A stretch of 61,773 bases of DNA, the filler included, from Sphacelaria rigidula (Eukaryota), in assembly GCA_964200075.2 (NCBI GenBank). It is 6 parts of 6 records of this genome, joined end to end, with 100 filler letters (N's around TTAATTAATTAA, not from the genome) between each part and the next. Parts side by side here need not be neighbours in the genome. Positions count along the whole stretch, not along the records: positions 10,316 to 20,529 come from CAXNAA020006918.1; positions 20,630 to 30,841 come from CAXNAA020006919.1; 4 more parts are not named here. One strand, written 5' to 3'. Both the position numbers and the translations under genes were made by a program. This document shows positions 11,787 through 22,717 of the stretch, piece by piece. Under the pieces are notes generated by a model, which saw nothing but the letters and a program-made list of their open reading frames with translations, had not been told where the DNA came from and searched no databases. How positions within the stretch are numbered: position 1 is the first letter of the stretch; every line of letters starts with the position of its first letter.

Positions 11787-12519
11787 CTGCGCGATTCCGC
11801 CGCAACGTCATTCCGCCGCAATTTGAGTTGTTCCGCACAAGTACAGAGAGAGGCACGAACAATGCAACCGGCAAGTGAGTTAAGGAAAAGGGTAGGGATG
11901 AAAGATCCACCACTATTCAAGTTATTCCGCAAAAGCATACACCAGGTGTATAGATATATAGAGAAGCGAAACCGACAGAATCGGCAGGTCAGTTAGGGAG
12001 AAGGGTCGGACTGAAAGATGACCATCAGGGGGAGAAGTTGACCAGATCATTGGCCCAACGCTTCAGACAGACGGCTTGTGAAAACGGCTATGCGATGCGT
12101 AAAGCACGCGACAGAAATCTGAACGTCAAGAGGTCATAAAGCATATCACGCACACGCACGGCAGATCGGAACATAACAGGAGATCCAAATATATCTACTC
12201 GGCGCGAGGGAAGCTTTGCGGCTACTTCGTTCGGCTCAACAGGAACGCTGAAATCGCTCGTCGTGGAAATCTTTGGCGACATGGGGCAGGGGCTGCTCTC
12301 CAGTCGCGCACGCATTTTTGACACAAGCGTGGACCAACAGCGAGATACCTCAACGTCCAAGGGCTAATCATTACGTTGACCCGCAGCGTAGCAGCTGGCC
12401 CTACCGTGAATAGATCATGACAGACCACCTCTGTTCCCGACGTCTCTGGCTGATCCGGTCGGTAGAGTTTGTCCCAGTTCGGGGCCACTCTACTAATGGT
12501 CGGTATTTATTTGACCTGA

Positions 12520-12720
12520 GTGTGAACACCGAGATTCGGATCTTGAGTGGGGCTGACAGTCCCGAGTGCTCCTAGCGTACTCCTAGCGTGCACAGAACGT
12601 GTTTGTGTCCGCCTGGGGCGCCGGTTTGAGGTCTGGCAACGCATACTTTGCTCAGGGAACACTTTGCACCCCCCTTGGCCGAGGGTTTTCGTTATGCCTT
12701 CGTTGGGGTTTTCGTTACAG
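12520..12720 (+). repeat. Dispersed repeat, homologous to the reverse complement of ~24480-24685
   Basis: Shared TCGGATCTT.AGT.GGGCTGACAGTCCCG.GTGCTCCT.GCGT...CAGAACG.GTTT...GGGTT.T.GTTATGC. Confidence 0.7.
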
Positions 12721-12803
12721 TCCATCTGTATCACACATACTCTTTCCAAGTGAAAATTGATGCCGATTCAGCAGGTGACCTACCCTCGCGGTCCAAGGGT
12801 TAA
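12721..12803. mobile_element. piggyBac-like MITE, copy 2 (left end truncated)
   Basis: ...GACCTACCCTCGCGGTCCAAGGG|TTAA. Confidence 0.7.
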
Positions 12804-15589
12804 TATTGGGGTTATTCGAAATCATAAATTTCCGAGAAACTTCCCATCCCTACCAAGTGGTAAACTAACTTCCTTTTTTTGCCCAATCGGCGCCACAGGT
12901 GCCTACTTTAGAATTGCCAACGCACACGTTGTCTGGGCACTCTCCGCAACCCCCTTGCTCAAGGGATCTCGGTATACCTCGGGTTGCGGGTTGGGTTTTA
13001 CGATTACCGGTATTTTTTAGATGTATCAACGAGGGATGTAGTGGCCCTGAACTGGGACTAACTCAGCTCGGTTCAGCGTACCGACGGTCGGGGTGCATGC
13101 TCAAATCGTTTATATCACCCTGTGGCATCTAAGCACTTGGACATGTACCACGGACGTTTTCCTGCACTGCCGCGAACGTTGCCTTCGACGCGACAGAAAG
13201 GGAGCACACAATCAACTGGCTTTCAACGCGCACCCATTTCGTCTCAACTTTTTGACCACCTGAGTGGGAAAATCTCTCTTTTGAGTCGGCACCACTCTCA
13301 CTCCAAAAACGAGTGCTAAACCCACGTGCCGCACCCCGGCGGTGACATAATGAAAAAAACACGCAAGAGGGGCCCCCAAAAAACGCGAAATACTAACAAA
13401 GAAAACTTCGTGAAATCAAGCGGTAACGATTAGACACTCAGCCCGCAGTAATAGAATTGAAGTTCAACCATAGAAATGATTAAACACGACGTGCGGATAT
13501 GCCGTACAGTATGTTCTTCCATGTCGAATAGACTATCGGGGATACTTTCATTTTCAGTAGCGCTTGTTTCAGCGTTCTACACGGAGTTTTTGGGGCTGCC
13601 AGTTATCCCATTATCACAGTCTGGCCGAACAGGTCACAAACATAGGCGGCCTTGTCGGCGCGTCAAAGCCACCATCTATGAACATCCACAGGAGATACAG
13701 TACAGCACCACCTGATCACCCCAGTTTCTTTCCGGCGTGTAGAGCACATTCCAGAACAACATAGCGAGGCACAACTCAAACGTTGCGGAGTAACCACTTT
13801 TGAGCAAGTAGTTCCTTCATCTTGTATGTTTTTGCGGTATTGCCCGCCTATGCTCAGGGTGAGTCTGTACTCCCAAGGAAGCAGCCCACTCCCCCTGTTG
13901 CGGCACCTGTCTTGCATTTACCAGCGAGTATGGGATCATCACTCGCGCAGCCCGTCGACTGCTGTCAATACATCTTCACTACATCACTACACATTTCCCT
14001 CCTTCATGAAAACAAATAAGTTTAACTGAGCAGAGGTCATGGAGATTACAACGGCGCGTGCTAAATTGCTTAAAAGCGGCAACGCATGTACACTGGGGGG
14101 GGGATGGGGGGGGGGTATTTTGCACGTTCACATGTTAGCTTCTCGCGAAAGCTCTCATCATGTCTTTATCCGCTCCTCTCCCATAGAACTGTCATTTGAA
14201 TCCTGCTCCATTTCATACCTCTCGTACCTACCCCTTATCTCACAAGGGGGTTTGAGCTTTTGTTCGTTTTCATTACTCTCATGGCTATTATAGTGCTGAA
14301 GCCTTATCGTGTAGGGGGGGGGGGGGGGGGAGAAGAAAATATGACGGCATTCCAACGCATACACATGGATGATGGATTGGAAAGTAAAGGAGCAATACCG
14401 TCCTGTAACGTCTTGGAACGTGTTTCCGCATGTGATCGCGAGCACATCAGTCAAAAGATGGTAGCTCAAGATTGGGACAAACCTACACCCTTCTTCGTTA
14501 CTGTTTATCTGTCACCTCGTCCAACAATGAAGCCACGTTTTCAGGCGTGTACACGTAACCACGACCAACCACCAACAGGTGACGAGGTATTTACTTGTAT
14601 TGGATCATGACAAGAAAATACCGACGTAGTGTATTATTGCGCGTCAGTTGACTGACTGGTGTTTGTTTTTGCATGAATAAATTTACACCAAGTATGATTG
14701 CAATATACCGATTATTATAGATCACGTCCTGAAAATCACTTGCTTTAGTGTAACTGATGCGTACCGGACGAATCAATCCCTTGGCTTTGGTTCCGGCGTT
14801 GCACCCCAGCTACGCGCACCCCAGGCATGTGGAAAAGCGCAAAATTCACCAAGGGTGTGTTGGGTAGGGTATTTCCCACATCCTGGTATTTAGAAATATA
14901 CTTGAAGTAGTACCTCAAGTCCCGCGATTTGGGGTATTGAGATGGTACTCAACGATAATACCCACATACATTGTATGTAAAGGGGGGGGGGTACTCATTT
15001 GTTGCTTGCCATGGTCGTTTGACCATAGATCGCGCATCCCTTTTGAGACGGAGCAAACATATACTGTGGGTACAGTGACGTGACCGTACCTAACTTTACC
15101 AAATATTTGGCTCGACTTTGGAAACTGGACCATCGTAACATAGAATTCGGAAGAGTAAACACCCGGGTATTTACCCTACCCAGCACACCCCAAATTTACG
15201 TGGAGATGTTTTTCGACTCGTGATCAACTTTTTTCTCTTATCCGACCAATCGGGCCTCAGCAATCGTAGATTTGACGATCCAAACGAGCGATGATTCGTC
15301 CAAATCTTGAAAAGCACGCCAAAGTGCTTTTCCACAGGTCGCTGGCAGGACCACACAGGTAATCAACTCACCCAGCAAGCAGCCTACAAGGTGTGAAAGA
15401 CCAGCCTGTAGAACGATTTTCACGGACGTTGGACAGCTCGCAAGTACACCGTGAGCTAGCCGTGAGTTTTGTGTGGTAGAGTTCGTGCTGGTAATTTACT
15501 TGATTTCAAGGTAAACACGTGGTATGATCAGGTCTTCAGGCTTGCGGGTGTTGACGGTGGATTCTGCAGTGGTGAGCTGTACTTCTTAC

Positions 15590-15712
15590 CTCTTCGTCTC
15601 GAGCATCGTGCGCGTGAAGTTTATCCTTGTCGGTAAGGTAGTTGGTTTCGCCGCGGGCTCCCTTGGATTTTTTCGCACGCCAGTTACCGTATCCCTTACG
15701 GAAGTCCGCAGC
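15590..15712 (-). CDS. Unidentified protein (contig 2), internal exon
   Basis: gccag|AADFRKGYGNWRAKKSKGARGETNYLTDKDKLHAHDARDEE|gtaaga; 123 nt, phase 0-0. Confidence 0.7.
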
Positions 15713-15726
15713 CTGGCGACAGAGAC

Positions 15727-15728
15727 AG

Positions 15729-15765
<37 letters not shown>

Positions 15766-15800
15766 AGCAGCAGCAGCAACAACAGCAACAACAGCAACAA
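15727..15800. repeat. Intronic (CAG/CAA)n trinucleotide repeat
   Basis: ~25 units directly upstream (minus strand) of the acceptor at 15713-15714. Confidence 0.9.
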
Positions 15801-17940
15801 CGAGAACAACAAACGACGATCGATACAAGAGGTTTTGAAGAAACGAACAAGAGATTCGCAAGGGAAACGGCAAGCGAACGAGTCAGCGTGGAGTCATGAC
15901 TGTTGAATTGTCGAATGTTCGCGCTTGCATGCACACATTCAAGTTGGAGAGCAAACGCCAGGTTACTCTCCGACGTGATTGGCGCGGAGAACGAGAACAT
16001 TGTAGGTCATCTGTTAAATCGGCACCACGTTCGCTTGAAAAACTACTGCGTGACCCAGATGACGTACCCTGACGGTCAACGCGTTAAGACACACCCCAAC
16101 ACGTATAACCTGTAGAGGTGGCTATGTAGATAGGAGAAGGAACCTGAAACACCACCCTCGCGCAAAGACTTACACAACATCACACATGACAGCACGCACG
16201 ATGTTGCTTGTTTTCCAAGTATAACTAAACTTGCGAAAAAAAAATGCTGGAAATAAACATAAGAGTCGCTCGAGTTCACGGTATGTAATCTTTCTTCGAG
16301 GATGTGCCAGAGTCGTAAGTGGACGGTACGCACTGCTGCTACACCTCACCTACATGTCCCGCGGGTAGAACTGTCTGTACTGGCTATTGTGTGATGTATT
16401 TGTCCGACCTTGATCGTGAGTTTTGGGATAGGCATATTTCGGAACAATACTCGACTGTGCGCGCTTGCGGATGGCGCAGTACAAGAGTACAGCGCGTTGC
16501 AATGCAGAAGCACTGTGAGCATTGTACAACGTCTTCAAGAAGGCAGCTGTACATTGAACTCGGCATGAGTGTAGCACGTGGTTCTAGTACACACCTAGGA
16601 ACAAAAACATCAGTGCTTCTGTCAGTGATAGATTGGGGTACTTATGTTGTCATTTGTGCCGTCATCACATCTTCGCGGTTGGCAATTTCGTCGAAGTGAC
16701 CGCCATCCTTGCTGTATGATAAATCCATCAACCAAGCGTTTCGGGCTACAGTACACACATTCAAAAGAGAGTTCGCAGCACAACGTGCGTTGCCACGTTC
16801 GATGACACATGCGCGCGACGCGTGTGGGCACATTGGATGTGTCTTTCCAAGGTCTCTCGGGGATTGTGAAGGGAAAACCGGACATACCGACGGTACTTGG
16901 AGACCAGCCGTTTTCTCAACTATTTTCCTTTCGCTATTTTTCTCCTACAAGAACAGCCACTTGCGCATAAAACTTGTATGAAGGAAAAAGAAAAGATGTT
17001 TACGTCCCACGACTGGAACTGCACGGCGGATCAACATCCCCCAGAGCGGTGCGTTGTGGCCAACGTGCATGCTGCGTTCTACTCAGCAATTGCAAGACAC
17101 GGTAGCAACGAATCGAATCCCTCATCTCGGTACTTTTTTGTAGATACCCCAATGCCGAACGCACCTGGCTAGAGGATAGACTCTACGACACTGAATGCAT
17201 GCACCGCTGTTATTTACGCCGCAATTGCAACCAAAAACAAGTCGATGTAAAAATGCAGGTTTCACGACGTCAACGAAGAGGCGACACACAGATACCAAGC
17301 CAACACCAAGCCGCCGTGTACTGAACTTGAGGAAGCAGACGCGCCTCAATTAGATGCAGAGAACACAACCTATATGCCTTTCGATCTATCCCCAAGACGA
17401 GACGAGTGCACGAGCTTTTCATTCTTTCTCTGTTGCATACACAGCATCCAGCAAGTACGCAAATGCAGCAAAGAAAGTCCGAACTTCTTCGCATCCAAGA
17501 AGTTGCAGCGCAGTCAAGATGAGCCCAACCAGAAAGTAGTTTTGCATACCTGTTATTTCTCTTCAAGAAAGGATTACACTGCTAAAAAGGCTTGCTGCCT
17601 ATAGTTCTCGATAAGGGATTTCCAATAAGATGCACTGCGGCAATGCAGCTACCGCAAACGCCGAGAAAACCAAGCTCGGAAAACTCATCACGTGGGGGTG
17701 CTATACACCGTCATGTACGCTGCCCATGGAAGCACCGGCCAGACCCGCACAATAATCTCCTCCCAACCGCACCTCGCGAACTCACAGAGGCACGAAGAAC
17801 AGTCTATCCTCCGCAGCATCTTGCAACACAAGGCGTAACATGCTATGTAAGCATTGCTGCTCCCAAAGTGTCTGCTATTGTAACGATAGCCAAGGTACCA
17901 CACCGTTGTGCCGAGCGAGCGTATCGCGAAGGCTACGCAC

Positions 17941-18042
17941 CTTCTTCCTTAGCACGAGCGGGTCTTCGGTGTCTTGTTTTTGGTAGAGCAGGTGGATTTT
18001 GGAGCTCGTGATGAGGTTCAGCGCCTCGATTAGGTCCGACAT
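17941..18042 (-). CDS. Unidentified protein (contig 2), probable first coding exon
   Basis: gccatcATG start; MSDLIEALNLITSSKIHLLYQKQDTEDPLVLRKK|gtgcgt; in-frame TGA upstream; ends in phase 0. Confidence 0.65.
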
Positions 18043-19817
18043 GATGGCGATATCGTCTGTGCGTTCCTCTCTTCCGCTGTCTCTGTCCTTAAGGCTCTCT
18101 CCTCGCTTTGTTTGAGCTGAAGTACCTCACTTTGTTCCCTTCCCCAATGTCTCCTTGCGCTTCTGCTCTCCCTGACTTTGCCTTGTTCGACCGACGTCTC
18201 TGTGCTTTTTTGTTACTCTCCGTCGGTATAATGATGTCCAGTACTGACGGTGCGCGATGTACTTATGTACCTGCTGTCTGCACTAATGTAGATATGTTGG
18301 AAGAACAACCACAGTCAAAGGTAGATGAGAGTATTTTGTTATGCCAGATTGATTGTAATTGGGCACGAAAAAATGACGGTATACTTCTGATGATGTGTGG
18401 TTGAAATAAAATACAAAAAAACATATTCAACACCGGGTAATAAGTACTCGCTGTTGTTGTTGAATCGGCATTTTCACTTGAAAAATGACCACAAGGTCTC
18501 GAACACGAATACGCTATATTCTCAAATGAAAGTTCTGGTCATGTGCGCTGTGGCTTGAAGAAAAGATGACGACAAATCGTAGCGGCTAAGAGGGACGGAA
18601 GGAAGTGCGGACAAAGCACGACAACCACGCAGCAACGACTCCGGTTGGACCGTCGATATTTGATTATTGCAACATCGTCCCGCAGGTCTTAAATTCCTCT
18701 CCTGGAGCACTCCACTCCAGCAGGTATATCTCCATTATAAAAATAATAGTAGGGATTTCTTGTTGTCGGGATGTGTTAACATTTTTCATCCCAACATTGC
18801 AGTATCAGGGCTACTCCCTGTCAACGCCTTCGTATATTTTTGCGGTAAGTGAACAGGAGCGAGAGCACGCTTGAGAGCGTAGCCAAATTGGGCCCTACAG
18901 TGGGCGCTCTCTCCCTTGAAGTCATACCAACTGAGAAGACTCACTCTTGAATGTGTCTGGAAAGCCAAGCACCAAGCACGGCAGGGAATAAGCGGTGTTC
19001 AGAAACAACAGGAATGCTTTTCTGAGTTCAGAGGAGTGAGTGTTGCATGTTAAGCCCGAGCCAATTTGAAAAATAAATGTAAATGATCTCAAACGAGTTT
19101 CACGTACGTGTAGCTTGCCTACAGAGCTCCGTCGCCAGCCACAATTCTCCATTACATATTGATCGGCTGGGGTTTAACATATGTTTCAATATATCGACGT
19201 AGCTGATTCGAGAGTGGTGTGCGCTATTATTCAGCTAGCCGTTCCAGTGCAACACAACAGAAAGTACTTTGTAGTGACGAAATTACTGCCGGATGTCCAA
19301 ACCTGGCTCTTGTGTTGAATCCGTGAATCCAATGTTGGGCGGAGTTCTTGTGTAGGCATGTCCTCGGTGCTGCTTTTTTAATACTTCATATATATGCAGC
19401 AGAGAACAAAAAGCCTACGAAGTGGGGAAACCCAAAAGACACCGTGCGCCATATATAATATCCATGTAGTGAAAACATTGCAGCAACCCATCAAGACCAA
19501 CATGTAATCCTCCCCTTCTTGGTCACCCTCTCAGCTATCCCTCATGTCCGAGTTCCTGTAGACAGCTTTTCTCTTTTCTTGAGCCTTTGGTCCTTCAGAA
19601 GAATTAACAATCAATAATGCTACTTACAATGCAACATTAACAACCTTGTTACTGACTCCATTGAAGAATTCGTGACGACACAATTTGTATATACCCTATG
19701 CGATGATATACTTTTTGGTATTTAAATATGTTATATGTCATGGCATATTAACATGTATGTCCAAAACGATATACAACAGTACATACATGCTGCCAGCACA
19801 ACAAGGGTACAACACGC

Positions 19818-20145
19818 GGCCATCTGGCTACCCCCGAAATTCCTCCAGGTCGGTAAACTTTTCGAGCCTCCAGAGGAATGAAACGCCTCCGGAGGGGTGC
19901 GCAGCCCTCCGAAGGACATTTTTTCGTTTTCTCCGGTTCCTCCGGAGGGGTTAAACGCCTCCGGGGGCTTGTTTTTGCCTCTGGAGGGCCGCGCATACCC
20001 CCAAATTCCTCCGGAGGGGTGCGCTGCCCTCCAGGTCGGAAGTGTTTGGTTTCCTTTAGAGGGATTGAAGGCCTCTGGAGGCTTGTTTTGCCTCTGGGGG
20101 GCCGCGCATCCCTCCGGATGCATTTTGGGGGGTAGCCAAATGGCC
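19818..20145. mobile_element. MITE built from CCTCCGGAGGGG sub-repeats, ~23-bp TIRs
   Basis: GGCCATCTGGCTACCCCCGAAAT ... ATTTTGGGGGGTAGCCAAATGGCC; second copy at ~20830-21121. Confidence 0.75.
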
Positions 20146-20455
20146 AAGTGTGGGATAACACAGTTGGAAATATTCCATTGTTTAGGGCATAAGTAGTCGA
20201 CCGATGTAACGACAGCACACTCAGCCATAAACCTTTGCCCAATGAGTCGATACACGAAGTAAACTCCGCACAGCGTGCATCCATCCGATCTTGCTCCAAG
20301 AAGTCATGACGGCGTTTTGTGCCGTACTGTACCGTTCGCCAGTTTTTCGGTTCTATCGGTCAGGTACTGTACACGGCACATTCGGAATAAGTCAGCGTGC
20401 CCACCTCTACAGCAAATTGTACAGTTATGTGGGGACATCAGTAAATGCCTTGCGC

Positions 20456-20529
20456 TACGAGCTGGGCCAGCCTAAAAACGGATTTGAGCTCTAAAAGCAA
20501 TATCTCATCGACACTGACGAGCTGGGCCG
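20456..20529 (-). mobile_element. Terminus of the Tc1/mariner-like family at the end of contig 2
   Basis: TA|CGAGCTGGGCCAGCCTAAAAACGGATTT...AAAGCAATATCTCA.CGACAC matches the reverse complement of 3605-3677. Confidence 0.75.
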
Positions 20530-20629
20530 NNNNNNNNNNNNNNNNNNNNNNNNNNNNNNNNNNNNNNNNNNNNTTAATTAATTAANNNNNNNNNNNNNNN
20601 NNNNNNNNNNNNNNNNNNNNNNNNNNNNN
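20530..20629. other. Artificial contig linker
   Basis: Same N44-TTAATTAATTAA-N44 structure. Confidence 0.98.
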
Positions 20630-20829
20630 CCTGGCGTACTCTCGCATATTTTCATAAATCGTGTTTTGGATGAGAGAAGGGGCTCCGAACAATTCTAACC
20701 TCAGAAATTATTTTTGTACCCCTGCCGTAGCATCACTCTCTCCACGAACTGCCTGATGCCAATCCCAGAAACGTTTGGTATACTGTTGTTCGACGGTATC
20801 CTCGCGTATTTAGCCGGACCCGGGGTGGC

Positions 20830-21121
20830 CACCGGTGGGAAAACTTTTCGAGCCTCCAGAGGAATTAAACGCCTCCAGAGGGGTGCACGGCCCTCCAGAG
20901 GAGATTTTGTTGTTTTTTCCAGAGGGATTACACGCTTCCGGAGGCTTATTTTTGCCTCTGGAGGGCCCCGCATACCCCCGAATTCCTCCGGAGGGGTGCG
21001 CGGCCCTCCGGGTCGGTAGAGTTTGGTTTCCTCCAGAGGGATTGAAGGCCTCCGGAGGCTTGTTTTCCCCCTAGAGGATCACGTATCCCTCCGGAGGTAT
21101 TTTGGGGTGTAGCCGAATGGC
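20830..21121. mobile_element. Second copy of the CCTCCGGAGG-repeat MITE
   Basis: Collinear with 19850-20144; ends ATTTTGGGGTGTAGCCGAATGGC. Confidence 0.72.
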
Positions 21122-22611
21122 AGCGTGTGTCAGCTTCCATGCCTGTTGCGAACTTCGGTCGGGAGTGAGTACGGTAGCAACGAAAGCTAGCTATGATCGG
21201 GTTCGCCTGCCGTACTACCGACAGCGTTGTGTGAAAGCCACAAGACTTTCGCTGTCGGCAGTTGACGGCTTGGGTCTCAAATGCAACGACGAGTGGTTGA
21301 TCGTAAAGCACTCTCGTCCCAGCTTGTAATGCATGATCTCCTCACATAAGAATAGTTCTGGAAAGCTACTCGTACTGTATCGGGGTGTTCACGCGACCAG
21401 CGTGTGCTCCAGATTGCAGCATGGACGGACTCCTGTGCGCCACACTAGCAGCAGTTAGGTCACCACCATGGGCATATTTTTTTACTCCGCATGTCAAGAA
21501 GGTCTCTACAACTGTTTGATCTCTCATACAATCCCCTCAACTGGCGTGTGGCACGCTGTCCTCGTCGGGCACTCAGAGGATCAGATGTGGGTAAAATCAA
21601 CGATGAATTCCACCCCCCAAGTGCAAATTGGATATATTTGAATGGCCGCATCACCGGCCTTGCTGGCATGTGTGTGACAGAGAACAGTAGTAGCGGTGAC
21701 GGGAACATTGCCCTGTTTTTCAACGACATGTTTTTCAGCGCACAGAGGCGCGTCCTGTCCAAAAGGAGAGGCAAAGAGAAATCGATCTTCGCATTCTTGA
21801 GCTCGACAGGCAATTATAAGATCAGAGGAAATCTCTCCGCAGCTCGATGTTTCGGCACATGGAAAATTGGGCACATGCTGGTAACATCGTTGATGCCAGT
21901 CTCTCGAGAGTTTGGTAATCGCCGAGCGAGGACACACAAAGGACACGGGCGAGGAGCTTCCTCTCTGTCGTTGCTTCTCTCTGTGGTGATGTCGTCATCG
22001 ACACGCGTATACACCGCATTCGTTAGGTACACGTAGCCACAGCTGCTTGAGTGCTGTGGACATTTGGGGGGGAAGGTGGCTTCGCTCCGTCGTGAGTGTT
22101 TCGCGTCATCCCTGCAAACAAGAAATGCCACTTCAACCTCATTCTTGAGGTGGACCCCATTTTCCAGGATCCACTGTTATTTCATGCTGCGAAGAAGCAT
22201 GGCATATTTTTTCAATTACACCGGCATGGGTTTGGTAGTTACCTCTCTTCTTGACAACCGAACAGCGATTGTGTTATAAACGTGTAGGAGTATCGCGTAT
22301 GGTCCAATGCGCAGCCATGAGGCTAAGTGATGAATTCCGGAACGACAACTTCTCTACCTTCGGTAAAGGACCCCCCAAAAGCGTCCATGATGGAGTTTTC
22401 AACCAGCATGCAATCTGGCCCCAGATCGCGTAAGACAGACGCTTCAACCGATAGGCCCTGTGTCCTAACTCTCGGTCGAAATAAATGAATCGAACTACGG
22501 TAGTCAAGCCTCAAGCATGGTATTTACTCAATCTGGAGTTCTTCATAGAAGATTCACCTTCGCTCGAGAGTTTGCGAGTCGATAGGCTTTGAAAAAATAA
22601 GCAGGTCAACA

Positions 22612-22717
22612 TTAACCCTTGGACGACGAGAGTAGGTCATCTGTTGAATAGGCATCAATTTCACTTGAAAAACGTATGCGTGGTCCAGATGGAGTACCCT
22701 CGCGGTCCAAGGGTTGA
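22612..22717. mobile_element. piggyBac-like ~105-bp MITE, copy 3
   Basis: TTAA|CCCTTGGACGACGAG...CTCGCGGTCCAAGGG|TTGA. Confidence 0.75.

Noticed and set aside
15536-16000. PolyQ, polyC and polyA ORFs
   Set aside because: They are translations of an intronic CAG/CAA microsatellite; only 15590-15712 (minus) is splice-bounded.
21130-22560. Transposase remnant based on HFLFAGMTRNTHDG
   Set aside because: A single short resemblance in one frame with no other supporting motifs.
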